Virus record (IMG/VR): IMGVR_UViG_3300008261_000001
Span: 1 to 64,000 of that record
Strand: one strand, 5' to 3'
Length of the DNA: 64,000 nucleotides
A program made the translations under genes and the position numbers. How positions within the stretch are numbered: position 1 is the stretch's first letter; each line of letters starts with the position of its first letter. Of this stretch, positions 28,001-38,804 are shown in pieces. The notes below the pieces were generated by a model. The model ran no database searches. It was not told the DNA's origin and was given only the letters and a program-made list of their open reading frames with translations.

Positions 28001-31000
28001 CTAGCGGTTCGTCAGACTCTTTAGTGCAAATAGATCAGGCTTCGGATAAACCGAGCTTTCCATTTTAGCCAAAGTCCCTTGAGTCCGATGTGTCCTCGTT
28101 TTAATCCAAGCCATTCGTGACTCCCTCGCCTGTAAAACACCCAACCCATCATCCAAGTCACTCGGCAAACCTGAGCCCAACTCCCCATAACCCTCCGTTA
28201 TTAAAACAGAGTCCTCTATCACAACACGCCTGTCCAAGACACTTAAACAGGTGTTTGTGTTCACAAAAGGCTTTGAGCTTGTTAAGCCCTTAATGTTGTC
28301 CAACAACAACTCATTAGACGGATGTGTAGGATCCCCCTCACCCACAAGGCTCATGTAATCGTCTGCCTCATAGTCTGCCCAACTGACCATGTCCGTAGGA
28401 AACGACATAAACCTACGCACACGCTCAGACCAAGATAGTGTCCTCTCCCGATAAAATAAGAAGTCTTCAGCTACGCTCTGCACCAACCCATTTTTCATCC
28501 GAACTATCCGATACGAGAAGGGATGTACGCTATCGGTAGTCGTCGAATAAGTGCCTCCCTCCACCCCTGAGGTCACCCTTAAGGGATTTCCTAAATCTCC
28601 ACCAACACTAGGCAAGAGGTTGTAGGTGGACTTATCCTTAGTCCCTACACTACCGCTTACTATGAGGTAATCAAGTCCAACCTCTAGAACACGATACGAA
28701 CCTCTGTTGTCGTCCAACTCATGTGGCTCACCCTCTATGTACCCAACCTCACCTAGCTTGCCCTGATCCCCACGCGGTGGATACCCATACTCTACAGGTG
28801 AACTATCCAATAACGCCCCTTGTGGATCTATCACAAGGTAATCACCCACAAGGACACCAAGATCTAAGAAGTCTGCATTGGTATCCACGAGCTTACCCTC
28901 TAGAGGAACGGATATGCCCTCTTGTGCAGGAGACTCGTAAAGCACCTCAAACCCCTGTGAGAAGTACTCATCAAACGACTGCAACTGAGGAATAAGCCCA
29001 CCCACCCTTGTCTTAATCCTAAAGCTGTAAGCCTCCGCGATAGATGAACCCCTTACCCAACTACAAGTCAACTCCCCATCCACAACCCCCACAACCCTCA
29101 AGTACAACGCCTCTGTTCCGTCCTCCTTGTGGATAAACACATGGTCTCCCATCTGCACCACATTAGAGAAGTTTCCAATTTGGGTATCCGTCCCATCGGT
29201 GTCTTCTTCAATCAGATAGTTCACTTGCTTGGGAGTTAGGACATACACGCCCTCGCCCTCGTCTGTAAGATTTAACACCAAGCCCTCTCTCCCCTCATAA
29301 ACATAACGCAAAGAGGAGACACCCTCAACCACACCCTTTAGGACATCGGTGAACCTACGAGGTCTCCTAGCCACCAACTGCACCCTCTCTGTGAAATCCC
29401 ATGCGGGTAAATCCGATAGGGTGTAATCTATGGGGCTTCTTACATTACTACTGCCGTCTCCAAATACACTCTTGGTTGAATAGTCTCTCACCAACAGCGG
29501 AAAAGACTTATCCAAGTATATTCCACCTAAGACCGTCACGCTCATGGATAATACATCTAGGGGCAATAAGAACCCCTCCCCATAAGAGTTAACATCGGTG
29601 ACTTCACCTAAAGAACCCCACTCTATTCCGTAAACGACTCCGTCTGTACCCCTAAGAGCCGTAAGAGATGACGAGGTATCCCCTCCACCAGCTACACCAA
29701 GTGTAAACTGAATACTTCCACTTAAAGTACAAGGAGCTTCGCTAGGCACAAGGGAGGTCTTAACAAGGTCGAACTTAGCCCTTGTCCCACCTGTAATCAC
29801 TTGCCCATACGCCTCACCCAATATGTCGCTCAGTTCACTGAAGTCCACGACCGTCCCATCTAAATACGCCACGGAGCCATCTACAAAACTAAAGCTCGTC
29901 TCTGTCCTTGAGGCATAAGATATCCGTAGGGCTGATCGACCATAGACGGAGTCGTACACACCCAAAGTCGTAGACATGGGTCTAGATGAAACCCCCACTG
30001 AGTCTAAAATAACAATCAAGTCCCCAACAGAACCAAAGAAAGAGGACAACTCGGTGTTGTCTGTACTCAGTGTGGCTGAGATACCCAATACGCTTAAACC
30101 TGTCACCTTAGGGAATGAAATAACAACAGACTGACTCTGTGTCACAATCTCTCTAATCTCTTCGTCTGCGACACCCTCCGTGTAAAACTCCACTCGGTGA
30201 AGTCCAGAGTTATGCCCAGAGCTAACAACTAAGAAATCTCCCTTCAGAATATTATCCGCAGGTAAAGAGAGATTATGGATAACACCAGATAGGTTATCCG
30301 TAGAGCCCCCACTCAACACCAAGCCCATGTCCCCCTCACCGACATAGATAACACCTTGTTCGTTGACCTCCGACCCTACCATAATGGATAAACCGACCCC
30401 ACTCAAAGCAACCGAGTTTTCACCGCTTGAGCGATATCCGTAGATTAATAACCCATCGGATAAGATTTCTTTAATCTCAAAGGCTGAACCCCCATTTATG
30501 ACGGACGAGTTATTCACATCGGAAGATACGATGTGAGTACCACCCCCACCACCTACGGACTCATAAACAAGAAAACCGCTGTCCAAAACCTCAACCGAGG
30601 ACGAGTAGCTACCTTGTACCTCATAAGAGTCAAATAATGGATAACTCTCCCTAATAGAGACACGATCCGATGGGATATAAGCCGATGGGGATTGGGCTGT
30701 ATAGCCCAAGTGGAAATCCATAAACCAAGCCGAACCCACACCTGTGTAGATGGTCGTACCGCTTGTGGTGGTTAAGCCACCCAAGCCCCCCCAAAATGAG
30801 GAAGCTCTGAATAACCAAGTCTCACCCGTAAAGGCAGGAGCAGGTGGGACATTGGGATTATCTATGGGTGAGTCCACGATGGTGAGCGTGTTGCCCACAT
30901 AGGTGAAGGAAGTCATGTTGTCTGGTGAGTACGCCACATAACCAAAGCCAAACCTTTGGAAACTCACCGTCCAATCTGTCACGCCCCTTGTAAAAGTAAA

Positions 31001-34000
31001 CCGACCATATCGGATTAACCCTCCGTTCAAGTACACATCTAGCCGTATCTCGTTACCTGTGCTACCCTCGCCCGCAAGGTAGTCGAAATAAAGGAAATAA
31101 TCTCTGTACTTGGTGTTGGAAAACACGAGTTCTACAGTCGATACATCGTACTTGCCAGAGCTAGGGATACCCTCGCTCAAGGTCTCCGTTACGCTCACAC
31201 CGACCGCGTCATCGGATAAGTGATAAACGAGAGCGTTATTGACTCTGTAAGAGAGAGAACCACCCGAGTTCGAGGCGGAGAACCTCGGTGGCATGATTTC
31301 AGTTCCGTTTATCCAACCCAACTCCAGAAGCCTGTCCTCGAACACCATGAGGTCTGATTGTCTAGGTGTTTGTACACACTCACCAATCGCTGTGGCTACA
31401 GAGTAGTCATATGTTGTGACAAGGACACCATCCACGCCCTCTACGCCATCGTCCCTAACCTCATCTGGATAAACATATTCAAGGCTCCCATTGTTGTCTG
31501 CTTGTGCTGTAAGTCTCTCTAAATAGGGAGGAACCGTGACGAGAATATCCTTTTCTGTTAAGGGCTTCTTAAAGGGTATAGACTCGTCTCCGTCGTCGTT
31601 TACACCCAATCCCATGAGTGCTGGATACACATAAGGTTCCAAGCTAGTGTTTCCAAAAGTAACCGACCCCTCAAGAGCCGTGTGTGCCGAGGGGACATTT
31701 TGACCTAAGATTTCTTTAATAGGATAGTTAGGGTCAGACCCACTTGGCAAGGTTATGTCGAATATCTCACCCTCTGCCGACCTTAGTCCCACATCGACAC
31801 CCACACGATAAACACTGCTGTCTCCTTCTTCGTCCAAATCGAGGGCAAAGCTCTGAACAATCGTGTCTCCCCTCTTGGGGGCAAAAGCTGAACCAAAGGC
31901 TGTTATTAAGCTACCCTCCAAGACCACCACACACCCATTTACGATTTCTTTAATCCTCGCGTTCCGAGGTTCTCCAGTTAATGAAAACACAGAGTCATAG
32001 GCATACTCCCCCTCGTTCAATACGGGAGAGAAGCCAACACCATCAACACCCAACTGTAGCTTATCCCCCACACGCAACCCATTAAATACCCTTTCTAAAT
32101 TCCCCACCACCACATCGGATAAATCCCCACCCTCAGATAAGAACCTATCTGTTATTGGATAACCAGTAAGTGGGTCTATGGGAAACTCACTCAGTGGGAC
32201 AGCGGATAAGATGAGGCTAGGTCTTCCTACAGAGCTAGGAGCATATTCACTAAACCCATTAGGCGAATACGACACAACTCTGAACCTTGCTCCCCTCTTA
32301 GAGAGAGTTAAGCTGGATATGTTTTTTAATGAACCGAAAGCTGGGTTTTCTACGAGTGCTATGACATCCGTAAAAGTGCTCTCAAAGTCCCTAAAAAAGA
32401 ACAACTCCCCACCGCCTCGATAAGTCATCATCTTAGCCGACTGCGGATACAGCCTCGACTCTACACTCGGTTTCCACAAGGGCGAATAAATGGGAGCGTA
32501 CTCATACTTAATGAATGGATAACCCACACCCATGTCATAAGACATACGCTTTTCATAAGAAACCAAAGCGTAGTCGTCTATCTCGTTCTCTATGAGATTC
32601 CTCTGTGTAGATTTCTTCTTCTTAAAGTCCAAGACGCTCGATACACCCTCTGCATCTATCAAGTATCTTGGATAAATCTCCCTTGTGATGGGGTCTTCTA
32701 ATCCCGCACCACACCACTTGTCTCCCCTCAAAAGCTCGAACTTAAACAACCCATCCGCATCACCCACGACCTTGCCCGTTGTACTTGAGACAAGCTCGTC
32801 CACTGGCTTAATAAAACCATCGTATCTCTTTATCCAATTTCTAGCCACCACATCAGAGGCGAGAAGATCAAAATATCCAATAGACCTCCCTCGCTGAGTG
32901 TTTTCTGTCCGAGTTATCTTCGCCCCAAATCCCCTCTTGTCACTCACCTTGAGACTATCCAATAACTCTCTCTCTACCTCGCCTTCATAGGTTTGTTCAG
33001 CGACTGTTCTGAAGTAAAACACATCTGGGGCATACACCATGCACTTAGCGTAAATCTTCTTGCCCGTGTGCTCAGTCGGAACTCTCCTTTCCGTAAAACT
33101 TAACTCGTACTTCGGATACTCCACCTCGCCTGTGGCTAAAACCCTCTCACTGACCACCCCTTGTGCCGTATGCTTTAAGTAATAACTCTCACCCACAGAT
33201 ACGCCCAAACCACCCAACAAGTTTAACACATCCGAACTCAGAGCGTAGTCAACCCCCTCTACAAGCTCATAACCCAAACCCTCCGACTCCACATAACGGA
33301 TAAGAGTATAGCCCTTATCCGTTAAAACCTTGCTCGATAAAGCTAAAGATTTATCCCCCACTTTAAGCACAGCCCTCATCGACACCAATAACTCACTCAC
33401 ATTGTGTTCTGCCGTTTGCCCCCTCACTCCTAAAATAGTCACCCCATTAATCAAAGACACCGAAAGTACCTCGTAAGCAATACCTGCCAACATCAATAAA
33501 CCACCCACCTTAAATAAATCCCTCAAGTCACCCTCTACAGAAATCTCCCCACCACCCAAACGGCTCTTACAAACAACCCCACTTACGCTCTTGAAAACAT
33601 AACCAGATGCCCTCAAGACACTCACATCACTCGACTTTATCCCATACCTCGCAGGAGGATACACGGATAAGTTTCCATTAGAACCGACCGCAGTCACCCT
33701 AAAGATATGTCCAGATAGATTTAACAAATCATCTACAGCCACTAAACCACTCGGTATCCAACTCGAAATCGTACTGCTACCAATACTTATCTCTAAGTCC
33801 TCAACCTCTTTTATTCCAGTAGATACCCTAACCGAATACTCCCCACCCATAGACCTCGTCACATAATAACTAACACGCACATCCCCCACCGCGTTCACAT
33901 AAATAATCCTGTCACTCGTTATGCTCGCACCAGATGTGACAATAGATGCCCCGTCATACAAAGTAAATAAATCACTATCCAAGACCACCCCTCGCTCCAA

Positions 34001-36697
34001 CCCCCCATAACTGTAAACTCCGCTCTCCAATAAAACCGCACTCTCCTCCCTAACTAAAAATAAAACACCCTCCAAGACACGCTCGCTCTCCGTAAAAGGA
34101 ATATAAGACACCTCAACACCCACACCAGACTCTAAAGGAGACTCAAAAGATATAGCACCAGTGCTAACCTCATATCTCACACGCCCCCTGTCCAATAACT
34201 CCATCAACTCTAAAGCAACACCCTCACCAAATGGACTCGATAAGTCGTCCAATGACGCACTCACCTCCGCCCTGTCCGTTAAAACATCTCTCGGAACCCC
34301 CTTGTAATAACACACACCCACCCAACTGCTATCCAATACCCCATCGCTCTCAAAATATATCCGTCCACTCACCGAGTCCCTCGTAAAACCATAACCATCT
34401 ACAATAACACCCTCCTCATAGGTGACACCATCAACCTCTAATCTGTAATAACCATCTCGCCTCTGAATATCCGATATGTAAAAATCACCCAATAACTCCC
34501 TCTTTAAAATCACTAAGGGATAATAAACCGAACCCCCAACCTCCCTCAAATATAAACTAGATGTAGGATGCACATTGGATAAATCCATACCCCAATTGCG
34601 AATAATGTACACCTCACAACTACGCCTCTCACTGTAAAGCCTCTCCCAACACTCCCCCAACACTAAATCAGAACCACCCACACCCCCACCCTCATGCTCC
34701 TCCCATATGTTAGAGGATTCATCTATCCTATCCATACTCGATAAAACCCCATCCCCTGAGATAACACGCCTCCATAAAACCACCCCAGATGTTATCTGCC
34801 TAACAAAGTTCCCCTCCGCCTTATCCAAATCCTCTAAACGACCACTACCCACCACATTAAGCCAACCCCTCAGAAATCTTAAACGCCCCCCCAACCCATA
34901 CAAAACATCAAAATCTACACCCTCACTCAAAACCTCACCACCTATAGACAAACCACCCACCAACGACAAAACTCCACCACTCGTCTCTAAACCATCCAAT
35001 ACCCCACGCACATAACCACTACGAGAAACAACACCCAACCATGTAATCGAGTTATCCATATCCAAACCATACTCAATGTCCTCCCCCTTCGTTAAATAAC
35101 CACCACCCTCCACCCTAAAGTGCCTGCTACCCGTTGCGTCCGCCCCACCCCTAAATAAAGACACCTCACCCAAACCACTCAGCAGACTTAAAGATAAACC
35201 CCCACCACCGACCACACCCACCTCCTCGTCATCATAACTTACATAACCACCCACACTAAGTGAACCCACACTTAAAAAGACACCACCCGCCCAACGCTCA
35301 TGTGGCACTAAACCCAACTTATCCAAATCCCCAGACACAGACTCCCCTAAGACCCTTATGTGTCCATAACGATCCACATCCACTAAACCCTCCCCCCCTA
35401 CAAGATCCCCCCCTACCCACGACACCAAATCCCCATCAACTAAAATACTCCCACTGCCCGATAAAGGCTTGCTCGATACCATACCCAAACCCACCCTGTC
35501 CATACCCACTAACCCCGTGCCGTACTTGGCCCCCGTTAAATCCACTCGCCCCCCTGTGTACACCCTCCCAAAGTCCCCTGAGCCCAACGATACATACGCC
35601 ACACCCACCTTACGCTTCTTAAACTCAGGTACATCCTCTACATACTCACACAATAAAACATCCCCACTCAATAACCTCACATACGAACCCAATAAATAAC
35701 CCCTAAAGAAACCACGCCTCACCCCCTCACCCAATCCGTCCTTCTCCCACTCCCAACCACTCACCCCAAATGAACCCTCCCCTATTACCCCACTTTCCAA
35801 CTCACTCTCCGACTCCATAAACACACGATCACTACATAACGCTAACCCCTCATACACCAACTCGTAATCCCCCGACCAATACACACGCCCAGCCTCCCTA
35901 TCAAACTCAAAATCAGTCAAGAAATCCCCCACACCACCCACTCGCCTCAATAATGGAAACTCATTCAAACGAGGACAAGGAGATAAATAATCTCCTGACC
36001 TTAACGCACTACCGCCCACTAAAGATCCCCTGATTAAGATTATCCCCAAACCCCTGTCCTCGTCACTCAACGAACCCCACCTTAACTCACTACCCTCACT
36101 ATCCATTAACCCATATGAAGAAGATAAATCACCACCCCCAACAAGAATGTCCTCACCCACTGTTAGCCTCTTCGAACCCACCACCAACTCGTCACCTAAC
36201 CTCAAACCCACTAACCCCCCATCACCCACTACACCAAATGACTCCCCACGACCCCCACCCAATAACTTCCATGTCGAACCCTCCCACTTAAAACGCTCCC
36301 TCACACCATCGTTTGCCGTCCACCAATAACTCACCCCCTCCAAATATACCAACCCATCCGGCTCACCCCCCTCTGATTCTGCTACTCCTAAACCACTATC
36401 CAATACCTCTAAACTCTCCCCCCCACGAGTCGCTGATCTTATCCTATTCCCACCAAGCTCCACACCCCCATACCAAATACCACCCCCTACAGATACCCAA
36501 CTGATCTCCCTCGATACATCACCCACTGCACCATCCCCCGCAGATATCCATAAGACTTCCCCCTCCCCCCTTATAGCCTCATAGTCATAACCCAATAAAT
36601 CCACCCCTCCCCTCACAATACGACTGCCCAAACCCGTCAGCGTGTTGTTCCCATCCCCAGACCTTACATCTAGCCTCAGTAATGTTAATGTACTCAT
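28001..36697 (-). CDS. Giant protein (2898 aa), probable baseplate/tail-associated structural protein
   Basis: Uninterrupted 8.7-kb ORF; recurring L.EG(V/E)D(Y/F/I) motifs; function inferred. Confidence 0.75.
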   Translation of the reverse strand: MSTLTLLRLDVRSGDGNNTLTGLGSRIVRGGVDLLGYDYEAIRGEGEVLWISAGDGAVGDVSREISWVSVGGGIWYGGVELGGNRIRSATRGGESLEVLDSGLGVAESEGGEPDGLVYLEGVSYWWTANDGVRERFKWEGSTWKLLGGGRGESFGVVGDGGLVGLRLGDELVVGSKRLTVGEDILVGGGDLSSSYGLMDSEGSELRWGSLSDEDRGLGIILIRGSLVGGSALRSGDYLSPCPRLNEFPLLRRVGGVGDFLTDFEFDREAGRVYWSGDYELVYEGLALCSDRVFMESESELESGVIGEGSFGVSGWEWEKDGLGEGVRRGFFRGYLLGSYVRLLSGDVLLCEYVEDVPEFKKRKVGVAYVSLGSGDFGRVYTGGRVDLTGAKYGTGLVGMDRVGLGMVSSKPLSGSGSILVDGDLVSWVGGDLVGGEGLVDVDRYGHIRVLGESVSGDLDKLGLVPHERWAGGVFLSVGSLSVGGYVSYDDEEVGVVGGGGLSLSLLSGLGEVSLFRGGADATGSRHFRVEGGGYLTKGEDIEYGLDMDNSITWLGVVSRSGYVRGVLDGLETSGGVLSLVGGLSIGGEVLSEGVDFDVLYGLGGRLRFLRGWLNVVGSGRLEDLDKAEGNFVRQITSGVVLWRRVISGDGVLSSMDRIDESSNIWEEHEGGGVGGSDLVLGECWERLYSERRSCEVYIIRNWGMDLSNVHPTSSLYLREVGGSVYYPLVILKRELLGDFYISDIQRRDGYYRLEVDGVTYEEGVIVDGYGFTRDSVSGRIYFESDGVLDSSWVGVCYYKGVPRDVLTDRAEVSASLDDLSSPFGEGVALELMELLDRGRVRYEVSTGAISFESPLESGVGVEVSYIPFTESERVLEGVLFLVREESAVLLESGVYSYGGLERGVVLDSDLFTLYDGASIVTSGASITSDRIIYVNAVGDVRVSYYVTRSMGGEYSVRVSTGIKEVEDLEISIGSSTISSWIPSGLVAVDDLLNLSGHIFRVTAVGSNGNLSVYPPARYGIKSSDVSVLRASGYVFKSVSGVVCKSRLGGGEISVEGDLRDLFKVGGLLMLAGIAYEVLSVSLINGVTILGVRGQTAEHNVSELLVSMRAVLKVGDKSLALSSKVLTDKGYTLIRYVESEGLGYELVEGVDYALSSDVLNLLGGLGVSVGESYYLKHTAQGVVSERVLATGEVEYPKYELSFTERRVPTEHTGKKIYAKCMVYAPDVFYFRTVAEQTYEGEVERELLDSLKVSDKRGFGAKITRTENTQRGRSIGYFDLLASDVVARNWIKRYDGFIKPVDELVSSTTGKVVGDADGLFKFELLRGDKWCGAGLEDPITREIYPRYLIDAEGVSSVLDFKKKKSTQRNLIENEIDDYALVSYEKRMSYDMGVGYPFIKYEYAPIYSPLWKPSVESRLYPQSAKMMTYRGGGELFFFRDFESTFTDVIALVENPAFGSLKNISSLTLSKRGARFRVVSYSPNGFSEYAPSSVGRPSLILSAVPLSEFPIDPLTGYPITDRFLSEGGDLSDVVVGNLERVFNGLRVGDKLQLGVDGVGFSPVLNEGEYAYDSVFSLTGEPRNARIKEIVNGCVVVLEGSLITAFGSAFAPKRGDTIVQSFALDLDEEGDSSVYRVGVDVGLRSAEGEIFDITLPSGSDPNYPIKEILGQNVPSAHTALEGSVTFGNTSLEPYVYPALMGLGVNDDGDESIPFKKPLTEKDILVTVPPYLERLTAQADNNGSLEYVYPDEVRDDGVEGVDGVLVTTYDYSVATAIGECVQTPRQSDLMVFEDRLLELGWINGTEIMPPRFSASNSGGSLSYRVNNALVYHLSDDAVGVSVTETLSEGIPSSGKYDVSTVELVFSNTKYRDYFLYFDYLAGEGSTGNEIRLDVYLNGGLIRYGRFTFTRGVTDWTVSFQRFGFGYVAYSPDNMTSFTYVGNTLTIVDSPIDNPNVPPAPAFTGETWLFRASSFWGGLGGLTTTSGTTIYTGVGSAWFMDFHLGYTAQSPSAYIPSDRVSIRESYPLFDSYEVQGSYSSSVEVLDSGFLVYESVGGGGGTHIVSSDVNNSSVINGGSAFEIKEILSDGLLIYGYRSSGENSVALSGVGLSIMVGSEVNEQGVIYVGEGDMGLVLSGGSTDNLSGVIHNLSLPADNILKGDFLVVSSGHNSGLHRVEFYTEGVADEEIREIVTQSQSVVISFPKVTGLSVLGISATLSTDNTELSSFFGSVGDLIVILDSVGVSSRPMSTTLGVYDSVYGRSALRISYASRTETSFSFVDGSVAYLDGTVVDFSELSDILGEAYGQVITGGTRAKFDLVKTSLVPSEAPCTLSGSIQFTLGVAGGGDTSSSLTALRGTDGVVYGIEWGSLGEVTDVNSYGEGFLLPLDVLSMSVTVLGGIYLDKSFPLLVRDYSTKSVFGDGSSNVRSPIDYTLSDLPAWDFTERVQLVARRPRRFTDVLKGVVEGVSSLRYVYEGREGLVLNLTDEGEGVYVLTPKQVNYLIEEDTDGTDTQIGNFSNVVQMGDHVFIHKEDGTEALYLRVVGVVDGELTCSWVRGSSIAEAYSFRIKTRVGGLIPQLQSFDEYFSQGFEVLYESPAQEGISVPLEGKLVDTNADFLDLGVLVGDYLVIDPQGALLDSSPVEYGYPPRGDQGKLGEVGYIEGEPHELDDNRGSYRVLEVGLDYLIVSGSVGTKDKSTYNLLPSVGGDLGNPLRVTSGVEGGTYSTTTDSVHPFSYRIVRMKNGLVQSVAEDFLFYRERTLSWSERVRRFMSFPTDMVSWADYEADDYMSLVGEGDPTHPSNELLLDNIKGLTSSKPFVNTNTCLSVLDRRVVIEDSVLITEGYGELGSGLPSDLDDGLGVLQARESRMAWIKTRTHRTQGTLAKMESSVYPKPDLFALKSLTNR

Positions 36698-36753
36698 CTC
36701 TGTCTACACCCCTCATGTTAAAGTCTAAGATTATAATACCCTAACCTATCCCA

Positions 36754-37326
36754 CTATCCCACTATCCTTAATGGCATAGGCACACTCACAGGCACTATAG
36801 AAGGAACACCACTCAACGCCCCTACTGCCACACCACCACCAAAATAACCCGTTAAACCCAAACCCAATCCCTCCGCTAACTGATCCACAAAACCACCCAC
36901 CAAACCCACTCCCCTCAACCCCAACCTTAAATCATCCGCAAGACGACCCCCAAATACCACACCAACACCTGTAAATGTACCCACCACTGGATAAGGCAAC
37001 CCATAAGAACCCACCGTAAACACCGCCCCCCTCAAACCCAACTCCACACCCAACGCTAACTGACCCACCGATACACCCACCAAACCCACTCCCCTCAAAC
37101 CACTCTCCAATACCCCCACAGGACTCGACGATAAACTGAATGTACCCATAGGTACTCCACTACCTCCCACACCCAAACCCACACATAACACCTGCCCCCT
37201 CAATAAACCCAACCTCAAACCCTCCTCTATACCCGTACTTATACGCAACCACTCCCCACCCACTAAACCAACCCCAACTCCAGCATTATATACCAACCCC
37301 CCCAATACACCCCTCATTAAACTCAT
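36754..37326 (-). CDS. Gly/Val/Leu-rich hypothetical protein
   Basis: 190-aa ORF with GAGGGG RBS, first gene of the leftward operon; extreme composition bias. Confidence 0.65.
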   Translation of the reverse strand: MSLMRGVLGGLVYNAGVGVGLVGGEWLRISTGIEEGLRLGLLRGQVLCVGLGVGGSGVPMGTFSLSSSPVGVLESGLRGVGLVGVSVGQLALGVELGLRGAVFTVGSYGLPYPVVGTFTGVGVVFGGRLADDLRLGLRGVGLVGGFVDQLAEGLGLGLTGYFGGGVAVGALSGVPSIVPVSVPMPLRIVG

Positions 37327-37397
37327 GTCGCACCCCCTCCTCTACATATGTTGTTATCCATCCTATCTGCACTAAATACACACATAAACAAATAACA

Positions 37398-37735
37398 CCA
37401 TATACCCCTATAAGCATACACCCATATACACCCATATACCCCTATAAGCATATGCGACCATATACCCCTACTTCGACCACATACCCTATAAGCATATATG
37501 ACCACACCCCCAACCGCAGAAGACTCACCCAACCACGACCCCATCACCTATCACCGTACTCCGACTAAGCATATATGACCCTATGTGCTTATGTGAATAT
37601 ATGACCCTATGTGCTTATATGACCATATGTGCTTATATGACCATATGTGCTTATATGACCATATGTGCTTATATAAGACCCCATTTTTAACATTTAATAT
37701 TTAACATATTTTAACATTTAACATTCAACAAAAGT
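37398..37735. repeat. Iteron-like repeats plus AT-rich tract (origin-like island 1)
   Basis: CCATATACCCCTATAAGCATA-like x3-4 (37398-37503); 18-bp ATATGACCATATGTGCTT x4 (about 37600-37671); TTTAACA-rich AT tract 37684-37735. Confidence 0.85.
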
Positions 37736-37769
37736 TAATACACATAGATGGATACTTTCTGTTTATGGT

Positions 37770-37817
37770 GGTGAACACACGAATACCGCTCGTAGAAGCT
37801 GTATCGGTGTGTTCACC
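37770..37817. other. Inverted repeat / hairpin
   Basis: GGTGAACACAC...GTGTGTTCACC arms. Confidence 0.8.
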
Positions 37818-37872
37818 CTCCAGAAGACAAACCTGCATCCAAAATGCGACTGAAAAAACAAAAACGGATTAA

Positions 37873-37926
37873 AACCCACCCCCCACACCTACTAAAAGCA
37901 ACAAGGTAGGTGTGGGGGGGTGGGTT
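37873..37926. terminator. Strong hairpin, possible terminator of the leftward gene 37968..38204
   Basis: AACCCACCCCCCACACCTAC...GTAGGTGTGGGGGGGTGGGTT stem; short T-run follows on the minus strand. Confidence 0.6.
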
Positions 37927-37967
37927 CTCTCTAGGGGGTCTCTCACACCCCCACCTATCTCGCTCTC

Positions 37968-38204
37968 TTAGCCGATGACCACATAGTCTGCGTTAATCTT
38001 GTCCATGTGGTTGAGGATGTCGTTGTTCTCGTTGCGGTAGTAGCCTGTGTAGTAGTTTCCCATCTCCCACTCCACCACGAGCTTCTGACCGAGGATGTTT
38101 TCGAGGTCAGCGTAAGCGTTGTCGGTGAGGGTGAAGTAGATGGTGGTGGTGTTGGGCTGGCGGTAGATGACTGAGGTCTCTGCGTGGAGCTTGTTCTTTA
38201 ACAA
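37968..38204 (-). CDS. Small hypothetical protein
   Basis: TTG start after AAGGA; downstream of the cassette at 38277. Confidence 0.7.
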   Translation of the reverse strand: MLKNKLHAETSVIYRQPNTTTIYFTLTDNAYADLENILGQKLVVEWEMGNYYTGYYRNENNDILNHMDKINADYVVIG

Positions 38205-38276
38205 GGCTGTTGTCCTTAGGCGAGTGGGTTAGGCGAGTGGGTTAGGTTAGGTTGTTGTCTCTCTCGCTCTGCCCCA

Positions 38277-38306
38277 CTAATAGACGAGCTTTGGGACTTG
38301 GGATAA
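38277..38306 (-). promoter_or_regulatory. Promoter-like cassette (18-nt spacer)
   Basis: TTATCC-N18-TATTAG; divergent pair with 38348. Confidence 0.75.
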
Positions 38307-38347
38307 CAAAATGGAAAGTTTTTTCACCGAAGATTTTTCTCGAAAGA

Positions 38348-38376
38348 TTATCCCAAATTGGAAAGTCCTTTATTAG
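38348..38376 (+). promoter_or_regulatory. Promoter-like cassette
   Basis: TTATCC-N17-TATTAG. Confidence 0.75.
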
Positions 38377-38462
38377 TGGGGGACAGCCTAGAGAGCGAGA
38401 AGCACAGATACCAACCCACACAGATACCAACCCACACCCCTTCATACGGAGGCATGATAGAT

Positions 38463-38696
38463 ATGTACAAGGTAGTTAAGATTCACAGGTACAACGCTCC
38501 CCTCAGCGGATTTTCTCACAACACAGTTTCTCAACATAAGAAGAGGGATCTGGCGGAAAAAGTCTTGGATAAGTGTAAGGCTTCCGACCCCACAGGTGAG
38601 TACGCCATCTACACATACACCTCCAGATCTACAGAGCGGAGGAGTACAGAGTGTGGTCTACAGATGCTCAACAACATCTTAAATGGAAACTTCTAA
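38463..38696 (+). CDS. Small hypothetical protein
   Basis: GGAGG upstream of ATG 38463. Confidence 0.65.
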   Translation: MYKVVKIHRYNAPLSGFSHNTVSQHKKRDLAEKVLDKCKASDPTGEYAIYTYTSRSTERRSTECGLQMLNNILNGNF

Positions 38697-38740
38697 GAGG
38701 GTAGGGCGGACAGCCCCCCAAGCGATCCGCCTCAAGGGAG

Positions 38741-38770
38741 AGCCTATACCCCATAGTGAGGGTATAGGCT
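38741..38770. terminator. Hairpin AGCCTATACC...GGTATAGGCT (related copy at 39691-39717)
   Basis: Perfect 10-bp stem after a gene end; no clear U-tract. Confidence 0.45.
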
Positions 38771-38804
38771 AAATAATGGATAAAACAGACAAGGGATTTT
38801 AAGA

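Noticed and set aside
34707-36504. Plus-strand Pro/His/Thr-rich ORFs (34707, 35260, 35469, 36147, 36313)
   Set aside because: Antisense shadows of the giant ORF produced by the C/A skew; no RBS, low complexity
28001-37326. Diversity-generating retroelement as the cause of the biased region
   Set aside because: No reverse transcriptase or template/variable repeat pair; the bias is a multi-kb gradient, not adenine-specific variation in about 100 bp
37323-37547. 74-aa minus-strand ORF
   Set aside because: Translates the tandem repeats of island 1 (repeated GIW/AYR); unlikely to be a gene
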